From Candidatus Tectimicrobiota bacterium (GTDB lineage: Bacteria > JACPUC01), in contig JACPUC010000004.1 of the NCBI GenBank assembly GCA_016192455.1, positions 1 to 62,663 of the forward strand: a stretch of 62,663 bases of DNA. The letters are read 5' to 3'. The translations under genes were made by a program, and so were the position numbers. The notes below the pieces were generated by a model, which was not told the origin of the DNA, searched no databases, and saw nothing but the letters and a program-made list of their open reading frames with translations. Shown here one piece after another: positions 28,606 through 38,855 of this stretch. Numbering within the stretch: position 1 is the first letter of the stretch; each line of letters starts with the position of its first letter.

Positions 28606-28663
28606 TCCTGCGTCGGGCCGCCGGGGAGCCGGCGCGCGCCAGACTCCGCACGGGGCGATCACG

Positions 28664-29845
28664 TCACGCCGCGGTGAGGACCGGCGGCGCCGCCGAGGTC
28701 TGGTAGCTCTCCAGCAGCTCGGTAATGAGCGGGTGCTCGCCGCAGATGGGGCAGTCGCGGTCGCGGCGCAGCTTCACCTCGCGGAAGCTCATGTCGAGCG
28801 AGCTGTAAATGAGCAAGCGGCCGATGAGCGGATCGCCCTTGCCAAGGATGAGCTTCACGGCTTCGGTGGCTTGCAGCGTGCCGATCAAGCCTGGGAGGAC
28901 CCCCAGGACGCCTGCCTCGCTTCAGTTGGGGACCAGCCCCGCCGGCGGCGGCGCCGGGAAGAGGCAGCGATAGCACGGCCCGCGACCGGGCGCGAAGACC
29001 GTTGCCTGGCCTTCGAACTGAAAGATGCTGCCGTGCACCACCGGCGTTCCCGTCAGCACCGAGGCGTCGTTCACCAGGTAGCGGGTGGGGAAGTTGTCGC
29101 AGCCGTCCACGACCAGGTCGTACTGCTTGAAGAGCTCGATGGCGTTCGCCTCGGTGAGGTGCTCGGGGTAGCTGATGACCTGCACGTCCGGGTTGAGGTC
29201 CGTGATGACCTGCCGGGCGATCTCCACCTTCGGCTTGCCGATGACCTTGGTGTTGTACATGATCTGCCGCTGCAGGTTGCTGCTGTCGACCACATCGGCG
29301 TCCATGATCCCCATGGTGCCCACACCGGCGGCCGCCAGGTAGTACGCGGCGGGCGTGCCCAGGCCACCCATCCCCACCAGCAGCACCTTGGCGTCCAAGA
29401 GCCTCTTCTGCCCCGCCTCGCCCACCTCGTTCAGGAGGAGGTGGCGGCTGTAGCGCACCACCTGCTCGTCGGTGAATTTGCGCGGCTTCATCGTGGGGTA
29501 GCCGGCGTTCTTCCAGCGACCAAACCCTCCCTCCATCGAGAGGACGTTGGCGTACCCCATGTCTTTCAACGATTTGGCCGCCAGGGCCGAACGGAAACCA
29601 CCAGCGCAGTAGGTGACGATGGTGGCATCGTGGTCCGCTTGCAGGGAGCCGATCTTCGACTCCAGCACGCCGCGGCCGACGTACTGCGCCCCGTCGATGT
29701 AGCCGTCGCGATACTCATCGGCCTCGCGCACATCGATGAGCGTGAAGCGCTCGCCGGCGTCAAGCATCCGCTTCACTTGATCGACCGTCACCTCACCGAT
29801 CTGCTGCTTGGCTTCCTTCACGAGATCCTGGAAACTCTTGGCCAT
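28664..29845 (-). CDS. moeB: Rhodanese-MoeB/ThiF (E1-like adenylyltransferase) fusion, probable selenoprotein (UGA at 28922-28924)
   Basis: Rhodanese YCAGGFRS; RYSRH, GMGGLG, SNLQRQ, CYRC, CPIC; in-frame TGA in VPN*SEAGVLG, with the frame continuing 86 codons. Confidence 0.88.
28886..28914 (-). promoter_or_regulatory. Candidate bacterial SECIS hairpin
   Basis: After UGA: CCUGGGG-GUCC-UCCCAGG stem-loop, loop about 21 nt downstream starting GU, plus lower stem CAGG/CUUG. Confidence 0.6.
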
Positions 29846-29891
29846 CCCGCTCTCCCCTGCGTGGTGGAGTGTCTCACCGGCAATTAACGAG

Positions 29892-29953
29892 AATCAATCT
29901 TGATTGGACTGCTCAGCTTTTTTAAGAATAATACTTCCGCACCCTACCGTCAA
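29892..29953 (-). promoter_or_regulatory. Sigma70 promoter and palindromic operator upstream of moeB
   Basis: TTGACG-N17-TATTCT (29953-29925); AATCAA-TC-TTGATT at 29892-29905. Confidence 0.5.
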
Positions 29954-30264
29954 GGGTGAAGCGGAGAGAAAGGTGAGGCGCGGCCGGGCTATTTTCCCGC
30001 GGCGGCGCCAACGCTCGCGGCGACAGGCGGGTCGGCGGGGTGTATCCTATATTTGAAGGATGTGCCTCTCCGCTCCTAAGCAGGAGGCGCGCCAGCGCTT
30101 CCCTGGGTGCTGCCGCGGCGTGGCGGCGCGCCTGGCGCGCGGCGCACAGGTGGCGCGGTGCGATCGCCAGGCCCGCGCCCCCCGGCTGGCGGCCGTGGGC
30201 TAGGAATCCCAGCTCGTCGGCGGGGGCCGGGAATGACTCCTGCCTTGTCTGCGAAGCAGCCGAG

Positions 30265-30927
30265 ATGATTGAACTGAAGAATGTGACGAAGACCTACCGC
30301 CAGGGACACCAGGCGGTGGTGGCCCTGAAGGGCGTCAACCTGACCATTCCCGACGACCAGTTCTGGGTGCTGATGGGGACAAGCGGCAGCGGCAAGAGCA
30401 CGCTGCTGAACCTCGTCGGCTGCCTCGATTTCCCCACCAGCGGCGAGGTGCTGCTGGAGGGCAGGAGCACGAGCCGGCTCAGCGATGAGGACCTGTCGCT
30501 CCTGCGCCGGCGGCGCATCGGCTTCGTCTTCCAGTTCTTCAACCTCCTCCCCACGCTGACGGCGCGGGAGAACATCGCCCTGCCGATGCTGCTCGACGGC
30601 CGGACCATGGAGGCGGCGCGCCCGAAGGTGGAGGCCCTGCTCGAGGCGGTGGGCCTGGCGCAGCGCGCCGAGCATCGCCCCGATGAGCTCTCCGGCGGCG
30701 AGATGCAGCGGGTCGCCATCGCCCGCGCCCTGATCAACGATCCCCTCGTGCTCCTCGCCGACGAGCCGACCGGCAACCTCGACTCGCGCACCGGCGGCGA
30801 CATCCTCGAGCTGCTGCGCCGGATCACCAAGGAACGCGGCGGCACCCTCCTCCTGGCCACCCACGACCAGCGCGCCGCCGAACTCGCCGACCGCACCATC
30901 TTCATCCAGGACGGGGAGGTGGTGTAA
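30265..30927 (+). CDS. LolD/MacB-type ABC transporter ATP-binding protein
   Basis: GTSGSGKST, GFVFQFFNL, LSGGEMQRVAIARAL, ADEPTGNLD. Confidence 0.95.
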   Translation: MIELKNVTKTYRQGHQAVVALKGVNLTIPDDQFWVLMGTSGSGKSTLLNLVGCLDFPTSGEVLLEGRSTSRLSDEDLSLLRRRRIGFVFQFFNLLPTLTARENIALPMLLDGRTMEAARPKVEALLEAVGLAQRAEHRPDELSGGEMQRVAIARALINDPLVLLADEPTGNLDSRTGGDILELLRRITKERGGTLLLATHDQRAAELADRTIFIQDGEVV

Positions 30928-31096
30928 GATATTAGAAGTGGTGCATGCAGGACTGTGGAAGGTCCTGACTTTGCTTTCACAACCGAAGATGAAGATAAGC
31001 CGCACAAACATGAGCTAAACCGCGAGCGAGAAATTAGGATTGACGCGCGTAGGTTATACGTGTGAGCAACGAAATGACTGCGAGGACCCGTGCGGT

Positions 31097-31705
31097 ATGA
31101 GCTCCGATTATCCAAAACATCATCGCCGCTCTATACGGCTAGAGAGCTACGATTATTCTCAGCCTGGGGCTTATTTTGTGACCGTTTGTACTCGGAATCG
31201 CGCCTGTGTGTTAGGCCACATTACCGATGGCCAAATGAGGTTGAATTCCCATGGTGCAAGTATTCAGGCCTGTTGGCAGGAATTACCGCAGCGTTATCAT
31301 CACGTAGGATTGGATTCTTTTATCGTGATGCCGAACCACCTGCACGGCATTCTTGTTCTCAGCGCTGATCGTAGGGGCGGTTCGCGAACCGCCCCTACAC
31401 CTTGTGTTGAACAGAAACCCTTGGGTAGGCTAATCGGGGTGTTCAAAACCGTCTCTACGAAACGTATCAATGAAATGCAGGGCGCACCGGGAAGAACGAT
31501 ATGGCAACGCAATTATTTCGAGCGCGTCATTCGGAATGAGGAGGAATTGCGTCACATTCGAGAATATCTCGTGACTAACCCTTCACGCTGGGCAGTGGAT
31601 CGAGAGAATCCAGAGGTTGTTCGCCGTTTCAAGAGTAAGGCCAAGTTTCCAATTCACCCCGACATCTGTGACAACGTTACAGCGATGTTTGAACTGCTAG
31701 GATGA
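31097..31705 (+). mobile_element. REP-associated tyrosine (HUH/Y1) transposase, RAYT
   Basis: RRSIRLESYDYSQPGAYFVTVCT, MPNHLHGI (HUH), IWQRNYFERVIRN, YLVTNP; low GC. Confidence 0.92.
31371..31398. repeat. Perfect 28-bp REP palindrome inside the RAYT coding sequence
   Basis: GTAGGGGCGGTTCGCGAACCGCCCCTAC. Confidence 0.92.
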
Positions 31706-31835
31706 AGGATCGATGAAAACGCTTCAACTGTGTGCAACAATTTCTTAAGTCTCGTCACTGACACTCCGACGCTAGCTAGCTGGTAAGCAGTGAACCCGAG
31801 GAAGAGGGGAAAAGACCCCCTTCAAGGATTCCCCC

Positions 31836-34454
31836 ATGCTCACCCTCCTGCGCGTCGTCAGCCTGCGCTACTACCGCGCCAACCTCTTGCGCACCGCCAT
31901 CACGGTGCTGGGGGTGACGCTGGGGGTGGCGGTGCTGGCGGCGATCCGCATCACCAACGTGAGCACGCTGCGGGCCTTCGAGCGCTCGGTGGAGGCCATC
32001 GCCGGGCGGGCGCGGCTGCAGGTGATGAGCGACGGCGGCAGCTTCGATGAGCGGCTGCTCCCCATCGCGCGGCGGCAACCGGGCGTGGCGGCGGCGGCGC
32101 CGGTGGTCGAGGCGCGCATGCTCGTGGCGGGCACGCCCGGCGAGATGCTCCCGGTGGTCGGCGTCGACCTCCTGGCCGATCGGGCCGTGCGCGACTATGA
32201 CTTCAAGCGGGGGCCGCGCGAGAGGCGCGGGGCGGCGAGCGCAAACGGGGCGGACGCGGCGCCGCAGCCCGCCCCCCTCGACCTCCTCGTCCAGCCCAAC
32301 GCCATCCTCCTCAGCGAGCGTTTCGCCGAGCGCTATGGCCTGCGCGTCGGCTCGCGCCTCGACCTCTTCACCCCCACCGGCAAGAAGCAGTTCGAGATCA
32401 AGGCGCTGCTCGGCTTCCAGGGGCCGGCGCGGGCGCTCAGCGGCAACTTCGCGGTGCTCGACATCGCCGCGGCCCAGGTGCACCTCGAGAAGCTCGGCCG
32501 GCTCGACCGCATCGACGTGGCGCTGCAGCCGGGATTCCCGCTCGATGACGTGCAGGCGCGCCTGCAGCACGCCCTGGGGGAGCGTGTGCGGGTGGAGCGG
32601 CCGGAGAGCCGCACCGCCTCCGTCGAGCAGATGCTGCGCTCCTTTCACGTCAACCTCTTCGCCCTCAGCCTCATCGCCCTCTTCGTGGGCATGTTCCTCA
32701 TCTACAACACCGTCTCCTTCGCCGTGGTGCAGCGCCGCAAGGAGATCGGCATCCTGCGCTCCCTGGGGGTGACGCGGCGCAGGATCGGCTGGCTCTTCCT
32801 CGTCGAGACGCTCGCCCTGGGGTTCGCCGGATCAATCCTCGGCCTCCTCCTCGGCCTTCTCCTCTCGAAGGGAGCGCTGCAGCTCGTCTCGAACACGGTG
32901 ACGACCCTCTTCATCCTGGTGAGCGTGCGGGACCTGACGGTGACGCCAGGGACGGTGCTGCTGGGGCTGGTCCTTGGCACGCTGAGCGCGCCGCTCTCGG
33001 CGCTGCCGCCGATCGTGTCCGCCACCTGCGTGGCGCCCACCGCGGCCCTGCAGCGGACGGGGGCCGAACTGGCGTTCCAGCAGCGGGGGCTGCGCCGGGG
33101 GGTGGCGCGGCTCACCCTCGCGGGGATCCTCGGCTTGCTGCTCGCCTGGGTGTTGGCGGGACTGAAGGCGGTGAACGACGTGCCCCTCTTCGGTTACGCC
33201 GCCTGCTTTGTCACCGTGCTGGGGGCGGCGCTCCTGATGCCGCTCGGCACGCTTCTCGCCACGCGCCTGGCGCGGCCGCCGCTGGAGCGGCTCTTCGGCA
33301 TCGAGGGGCGCCTCGCCGGCGACAACCTGCGCAGCTCGCTCGGCCGCACCTCGATTGCAATCGCCGCCCTCATGGCGGGGTTCGCCATGGTGGTGAGCGT
33401 CGGCACCATGATCCACAGCTTCAAGCAAACGGTGACCGCGTGGGTGGAGCAGACGGTGCGCGCCGACCTGGTGATCAATCAGGCCTCTCCCGTCTCCAGC
33501 TCGGCGAACGTGAAGATGCCGGCCCGCATCGCAACGGAGATCGCCAGCGTGGAGGGCGTGGCGGAGGTGGACCGCTTCAAGGCCGTGAACGTGCGCTACC
33601 GCGGCCGGCCGGTGTTCATGGCGGTTGGCGAGCTGGACATCTTCGGGCGTTACAGCCGCTTCTTCTTCCTGGAAGGGAGGAAGACCGAGGCCCTGCGGCA
33701 GGTCATCGAGAACGGCGCCGTGCTCATCTCCGAGAACTTCAGCGTCAGGACGGGCCTGCATCGCGGCGACACCCTGCGCCTCGCCACGCCGTCCGGACCG
33801 GCTGAGTTCCCGATCGCCGGGGTCCTGCTCGACTACACCTCCGATCGCGGCACGATCACCATCGACCGCCGGACGTTCCTGAAGTACTGGCAAGATGACC
33901 TCGTCGACACCCTCGGCGTCTTCCTGCGGCCGGGCTTCGATCCGCAGGCCGTCGCCCAGGCCATCACGCGGCGTTTCGGCGAGCGCTACAGCCTCTTCGT
34001 GATGACCAACAAGGCCTTCAAGGCGGAGATCGTGAAGATCCTCGATCAGTCGTTCCAGATCACCTATGCCCTGGAGATCATCGCCATGATCGTGGCCCTC
34101 CTCGGCATCCTCAACGCCCTCTTCGCCTCCATCATCGAGCGCACGCGAGAGATCGGCATCCTGCGCTCCGTGGGCGCCGTGGCCCGGCAAATCCGGCGCA
34201 TCGTCATGGTCGAGGCGGCACTCATGGGGCTGGTGGCGGAACTGACCGGGTTCCTCACCGGCGTGGCGCTGGCCTACCTCCTGATCAACGTCATCAACAA
34301 GCAGTCGTTCGGCTGGACCATCCAGACCGCCTATCCGGCGGCGTTCCTGATCGTCTCCACCCTCGTCATCTTCCTCACCGCCTGCCTGGCCGGCTACCTG
34401 CCGGCACGCCGCGCCGCCGCCACCGATCTGAAGGAAGCCCTGCACTACGAGTGA
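31836..34454 (+). CDS. FtsX/MacB-like ABC permease (duplicated)
   Basis: Two repeats: QRRKEIGILRSLG and ERTREIGILRSVGA; ends PARRAA...EALHYE. Confidence 0.93.
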   Translation: MLTLLRVVSLRYYRANLLRTAITVLGVTLGVAVLAAIRITNVSTLRAFERSVEAIAGRARLQVMSDGGSFDERLLPIARRQPGVAAAAPVVEARMLVAGTPGEMLPVVGVDLLADRAVRDYDFKRGPRERRGAASANGADAAPQPAPLDLLVQPNAILLSERFAERYGLRVGSRLDLFTPTGKKQFEIKALLGFQGPARALSGNFAVLDIAAAQVHLEKLGRLDRIDVALQPGFPLDDVQARLQHALGERVRVERPESRTASVEQMLRSFHVNLFALSLIALFVGMFLIYNTVSFAVVQRRKEIGILRSLGVTRRRIGWLFLVETLALGFAGSILGLLLGLLLSKGALQLVSNTVTTLFILVSVRDLTVTPGTVLLGLVLGTLSAPLSALPPIVSATCVAPTAALQRTGAELAFQQRGLRRGVARLTLAGILGLLLAWVLAGLKAVNDVPLFGYAACFVTVLGAALLMPLGTLLATRLARPPLERLFGIEGRLAGDNLRSSLGRTSIAIAALMAGFAMVVSVGTMIHSFKQTVTAWVEQTVRADLVINQASPVSSSANVKMPARIATEIASVEGVAEVDRFKAVNVRYRGRPVFMAVGELDIFGRYSRFFFLEGRKTEALRQVIENGAVLISENFSVRTGLHRGDTLRLATPSGPAEFPIAGVLLDYTSDRGTITIDRRTFLKYWQDDLVDTLGVFLRPGFDPQAVAQAITRRFGERYSLFVMTNKAFKAEIVKILDQSFQITYALEIIAMIVALLGILNALFASIIERTREIGILRSVGAVARQIRRIVMVEAALMGLVAELTGFLTGVALAYLLINVINKQSFGWTIQTAYPAAFLIVSTLVIFLTACLAGYLPARRAAATDLKEALHYE

Positions 34455-34792
34455 CGCTCCCCAGAGGCAGGGTGAACCGCCGCCGGAACGTAGCATGCTC
34501 CCAGGTTTCCTTGCCACAGGGTGGGCTTTGTTAACGGTGGCGGGTTCGGTTGGAGCGCCTATACTGTACGGTACAGTTTGACGCTCATCGAGGCAGCAAC
34601 CTGAAGCAGGCGGGCGCTCCGAGGCGGAAGGACGGTGTGCGCCGCAAGCGCAGGCTGCTGCCGCACGGCGCGGTTTCAGGGCGGGCTCCGACGCGGGGTT
34701 CGCGCGTCAACTCTGACCCACGATGATGGAGGACGACGACGTAGCGCTGCAGGTGCATGCCCGCGGCGCGCCATGGAGGAATGGAGGGAGCC

Positions 34793-36100
34793 ATGTCTTC
34801 ACGTACACTGGTGGTGATCACCGCTGGCGCCCCACAGCCTCACTTCTCCCCTCTCTCAGCCACCCATGATCGGGCTGCCACCTCATTTGCGGGCGCGTAT
34901 CGAATCATCGACTTCGCCCTCAGCAACTGCCTCAATTCCGGTCTGCGACGCATCCTCGTTCTGACGCCATCCCACGCCCGGGACCTCCGCGACCACCTGG
35001 GCGCGAATTGGGGCCAGCTCAACACCTCGGCGTCCGAGTTTCTCCTCACCCTCTCGCCGGAGGAAATCGCCGGCGCCGTGGAGTCCGCGGAGCAAGGTGA
35101 CGGCGCGGCGCTCTGCCACAGCCTCTCGTACATCGCCAGCGTGGCGCCGGACCTCGTGCTCGTCCTCGCCGCAAATCAAATCTATGCCCTGGACTATGGC
35201 GCCCTCGTCGACTTCCACCTCAGCAAGGGCGCCGGCGCAACCGTGGCGGCCTTCCCGGTGGCAGCGGACGAAGTCCAGCGCTACCACATCCTGGAGGTCA
35301 ACGCGCAGGCGCGCGTCATCAGCCTGGAAGAGCGGCCGGCTTCGTTCATGCCGCTCGATGCCTCGATCCCGCCGCTTGCCTGCATGGGCGTCTACCTCTT
35401 CACCCACGATGTGCTGCGCGGCATCCTCCTTGAGGCGAGCGCCGATGCCGGCGGCAGCCGGTCGCTGGCAGGAGACTTCCTGCCCGCCCTGGTGTGGAAC
35501 GAGCAGTTTTACGCCTACCGCGTCCCCCGCGCCGAGCGCCCCTTCTTCTGGCGGGAGATCAGCACCGTCGATGACTACTGGGCGGCCTCCATGGAGCTGC
35601 TGACGAACCCGGCGGCGTTCGACCCCACCGACCCGGCGTGGCCGATGCGCGCGGCGGCGCGGCAAGCCAGCATGCCGCCCGCGCTCGTGCGGCACTTTCG
35701 ACCAACCTCCGCGGCCCCGGCCGGGGTGGAGCAGTCGATCGTGGCCGACGACTGCCGCGGCAGCGGCGCCCAGGTGCTGAAGTCGGTGCTCTCCCCGGGA
35801 GTGCGGCTGGGGGCCAACTCGAGCCTCGTCGAGTCGGTGCTGCTCGAAGAGACCGCGGTAGGAGAGAACTGCCGCCTGAGCCGCGTCATCCTCGACCGTG
35901 GGGTCGCCATTCCAGCGGATACGGAGATCGGCCTCAACCCAGAGGAGGATCGCCGCTGGTTCCACGTGACTCCGAACGGCATCGTCGTGGTCACGGCGGA
36001 GAGCATCGAGCGCTACGAGCGCGGCCGGCTGCGGCCGACCAAAGTCGCGGCACGCGATGGGACGAACCACAACCCCAGCGACGCGCACGCCGTCCCCTGA
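34793..36100 (+). CDS. GlgC-like (ADP-glucose pyrophosphorylase) protein with degenerate active site
   Basis: YRIIDFALSNCLNSG, MGVYLF, WREISTVDDYW, beta-helix, VTPNGIVVV; key motifs altered. Confidence 0.85.
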   Translation: MSSRTLVVITAGAPQPHFSPLSATHDRAATSFAGAYRIIDFALSNCLNSGLRRILVLTPSHARDLRDHLGANWGQLNTSASEFLLTLSPEEIAGAVESAEQGDGAALCHSLSYIASVAPDLVLVLAANQIYALDYGALVDFHLSKGAGATVAAFPVAADEVQRYHILEVNAQARVISLEERPASFMPLDASIPPLACMGVYLFTHDVLRGILLEASADAGGSRSLAGDFLPALVWNEQFYAYRVPRAERPFFWREISTVDDYWAASMELLTNPAAFDPTDPAWPMRAAARQASMPPALVRHFRPTSAAPAGVEQSIVADDCRGSGAQVLKSVLSPGVRLGANSSLVESVLLEETAVGENCRLSRVILDRGVAIPADTEIGLNPEEDRRWFHVTPNGIVVVTAESIERYERGRLRPTKVAARDGTNHNPSDAHAVP

Positions 36101-36241
36101 CGTCGGGCCATGGGGGGAACGACATCAATTCGGGCACCTCGCCAGGACGGCACGGTTCCGCGCACTGGCGGCTCCAGTGAAGAAGTTCCAGCACTGCGGG
36201 GCTGGCATCCTGCCCTTCGAGGTACCCCCTTCTCGCCAGCC

Positions 36242-37525
36242 TCACCGCGTGTAGAGCCGTTCCGCCACTGAGAGATCTCCCGCTGTGGTGGCGGCCTGAA
36301 AGCGTAGCGCCAAGGGCACGGGCAATCCAGGAAGGGGGAAGGGGAGGTCGGCGAACTCGAGGCTGGCAAGCTCTCCAGCCACCTCCAGGCTGCCAATCCC
36401 CGCGGAGATCAGCTCGCCGAGCGCCGCTGCTTCAAGGACGAGCGCCTCCCCCACGCTGAGGCGCAGGCTCGCCACATCCAGCGCCGACAGGGGGGAGAGG
36501 GTCAGGCGCAGGGTGAAGGTGGGGGTGGTGATGGCGCCGCTCTCCGGGCTGATGGTCAGCAGCAACCTGTCGCCCGCCGCGACCTGCTGCTCCAACGGCA
36601 GGCGAAGCATGGTGTCCGCCTCGAAGTTCGGCACCCAGAGCGCGCCGTCCAGCGGGTTGATCCCCAGGTCCGCCGCGCTTTCCAGGTTATCGAGAATGAC
36701 CTGCCGCTCGCCGGCGGGCGCGAGGCGCGTCACCCTGCCGCGGCTGAACTCCGAGACGTAGAGGTTTCCCGCCGCATCCAGCGCCAGTCCGTCGAGGCCG
36801 CGAAAGCCGTCCGCCACCACCTCGAAGCTCCCCGGCCCGCGGCGGCGGAGCACCCGGTCGTTCACCGCCAGCAGCAGCGTCCCGCCGGGCTCGCAGAGCA
36901 GGCCGTTCACGCCGGCGAGCCCCTCCGCCTCCAGCGTCACCAGCCCCTCGGGGGTAACACGGAAGACGCGACCCGCGCTTGAGTCGCTCACCCAAATGTT
37001 CCACGTGGAACATATGGCGACATCATTGAGAAATGAAGGGGTTACGGGGAATTCTTGCGGGCCCGCCAGGAGCTGCGCGTCACCGTCGGCGTCCACCCGC
37101 CAGAGGCGATCGACATCGCTCACCACGAGGCGACCGCCGGGGTCGAAGGCCAGCCCCTTCGGATCGTTGAGGCCGGCGGCGAAGGGATCGGCAAGGACGT
37201 TGCCCGCGGCGTCGAGCTGAGTGATGCGGCCATCACCGTCCGCCGCGCCGGGGTTGAAGGCGCCGATGTTGGAGACGTAGACCCGTCCCTGGCGGTCAAA
37301 CGCCACACTCTCCGGCGTGGCGAAGCCGGGGAGGCGCAGCGGCTCCTGGGCCTCGGCCGCGGCGGCGAGGAGGGCGCCGGAGAAGGCGCGCCAGAGAGCA
37401 GGCGGGGAGAGGCTCGGGACGCCGGCAAGGGTGGAGAGGAGGATGAGGAGGCGCGCCAGCTTCGGGGCGAGGCCCAGGGCGAACCCCAGCCTGGCGAGGT
37501 GGCGTCTCTGCCGCGTGCCGCTCAT
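36242..37525 (-). CDS. Secreted SMP-30/gluconolactonase-like beta-propeller with extra C-terminal domain
   Basis: Signal region; PESVAFD...VYVSN, PKGLAFD, FLNDVA, NGL, DGLALDAAGNLYVS, ADLG. Confidence 0.85.
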   Translation of the reverse strand: MSGTRQRRHLARLGFALGLAPKLARLLILLSTLAGVPSLSPPALWRAFSGALLAAAAEAQEPLRLPGFATPESVAFDRQGRVYVSNIGAFNPGAADGDGRITQLDAAGNVLADPFAAGLNDPKGLAFDPGGRLVVSDVDRLWRVDADGDAQLLAGPQEFPVTPSFLNDVAICSTWNIWVSDSSAGRVFRVTPEGLVTLEAEGLAGVNGLLCEPGGTLLLAVNDRVLRRRGPGSFEVVADGFRGLDGLALDAAGNLYVSEFSRGRVTRLAPAGERQVILDNLESAADLGINPLDGALWVPNFEADTMLRLPLEQQVAAGDRLLLTISPESGAITTPTFTLRLTLSPLSALDVASLRLSVGEALVLEAAALGELISAGIGSLEVAGELASLEFADLPFPLPGLPVPLALRFQAATTAGDLSVAERLYTR

Positions 37526-37604
37526 CGGCGGCCTCCCTGCGCCAGCACTGCCTGCCGAGCGCGCCTGCCGCCGCCACAGGTGAAGGAATGGAGGGGAGAC
37601 GCCA

Positions 37605-38855
37605 CTACGAGAAGCTCATGCTGCAGTAGCTCACGGTGGCTCCGCCGTTGGCTTCGAGCTGCTTGATGAAGCTGTACCTCAAGAGGCGGCCTTCGGAGGC
37701 CTCGATGGTGCGCAGAAAGGCGTAGATGGGGGCGAGACCGCAGATGCGTCGGCGCTCCTGGTGGGGGTGCGCGCTGCGGAAGAAGGCTTCGGCATCGAGC
37801 GCCTCGGCATGGCGCAGCAGGTCGCGGTCGGCCGCGGCCATGCCGCGCAGCTCTCCCTCGGTGGGGGGACGCGGGTCGCCATAGCGCTGGCCGATGTGGC
37901 AGAGGTCCACGCTGGCCACGAGGCAGACGCGCTTCCCCGAGGCGGCGATGCCGGCGCGCAGGTGTTCGAGGAAGGCGCGGATTTGCGGCACCTCCCAGGG
38001 GCTCGACGCGCCGTCAGGAAGGAGATCGAAGGTGGCGACCAGGATCGGCAGGATCGAGACCGGCCCCTGCCCCCCAAAGAGGTGCTGCAGGAAGAGCGTT
38101 TGAAACTCGATGGTATGCTCCAGCTTGTGGACCATCTCCTCTGACAACAGGTCCTCGCCACAGCCGGAGAGCAACGTGTCGAGGAATTCCTGATCGGTGC
38201 GCAGCGTCCCCAGGGGGGTTTGGAAGTGCTTGCGGGTGAGGGCGAAGAAGGTGCGCAGGGGGCTATGGCAGGTGCCGAAAATGATGAACAGATCAGGTCG
38301 CTCGGCCTCGGCGAGCTCCTTGTAGGCCCAGGCATAGCAGGGGCCGCCGAAGCGCAGATCGATGTGCGGTGCGATGATGCCGCTGAGGCGGCGGCGCCGG
38401 GACCATGCATCCCCAGGCTGGGGCGGGGCTGCCGGCCCGTCCCGGCCGGTGAAGAAGCCGGTGAGCTGGTAGCGCAGCTTCTCGGCATCGGCGTGGTAGC
38501 TTTGCCCCGCGTGCGCCGCCGGCCGTTCGCTCGCCTCCCGGAAGCTGCGCTCCAGCGCCTGGCGGCGCTCCGCACATCGCTGGCTGTCGAGGAAGTAGTG
38601 CTCGTCGAGCTGGGCGATGAGCTGCTGAATCGTGTCCGAGGCAATAAGGTCGCCGAAGCGCCGCGTGTATGCGGCCTGCACATCGAGAACGGAATTCTGG
38701 CCATTGAACAAGGAGACGAGGAAGGTGGCTTGCTCCGGCAGGAAAAGCAGCTTCTCGGCAATAAGCTCCGGGTCCTGCAGGCAGATGAGCTGCTGTCCCT
38801 GGCGCCGGATCGGAAAGGCGTTGACGCTTGGCCGCAGACGAGGGTACTCCATCAT
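37605..38855 (-). CDS. MEMO1 / AmmeMemoRadiSam protein B with N-terminal extension
   Basis: RPAAHAGQSY, IIAPHID, GTCH, FQTPLG, HKLEHTIEFQ, ASVDLCHIG, ICGLAPI. Confidence 0.9.
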   Translation of the reverse strand: MMEYPRLRPSVNAFPIRRQGQQLICLQDPELIAEKLLFLPEQATFLVSLFNGQNSVLDVQAAYTRRFGDLIASDTIQQLIAQLDEHYFLDSQRCAERRQALERSFREASERPAAHAGQSYHADAEKLRYQLTGFFTGRDGPAAPPQPGDAWSRRRRLSGIIAPHIDLRFGGPCYAWAYKELAEAERPDLFIIFGTCHSPLRTFFALTRKHFQTPLGTLRTDQEFLDTLLSGCGEDLLSEEMVHKLEHTIEFQTLFLQHLFGGQGPVSILPILVATFDLLPDGASSPWEVPQIRAFLEHLRAGIAASGKRVCLVASVDLCHIGQRYGDPRPPTEGELRGMAAADRDLLRHAEALDAEAFFRSAHPHQERRRICGLAPIYAFLRTIEASEGRLLRYSFIKQLEANGGATVSYCSMSFS

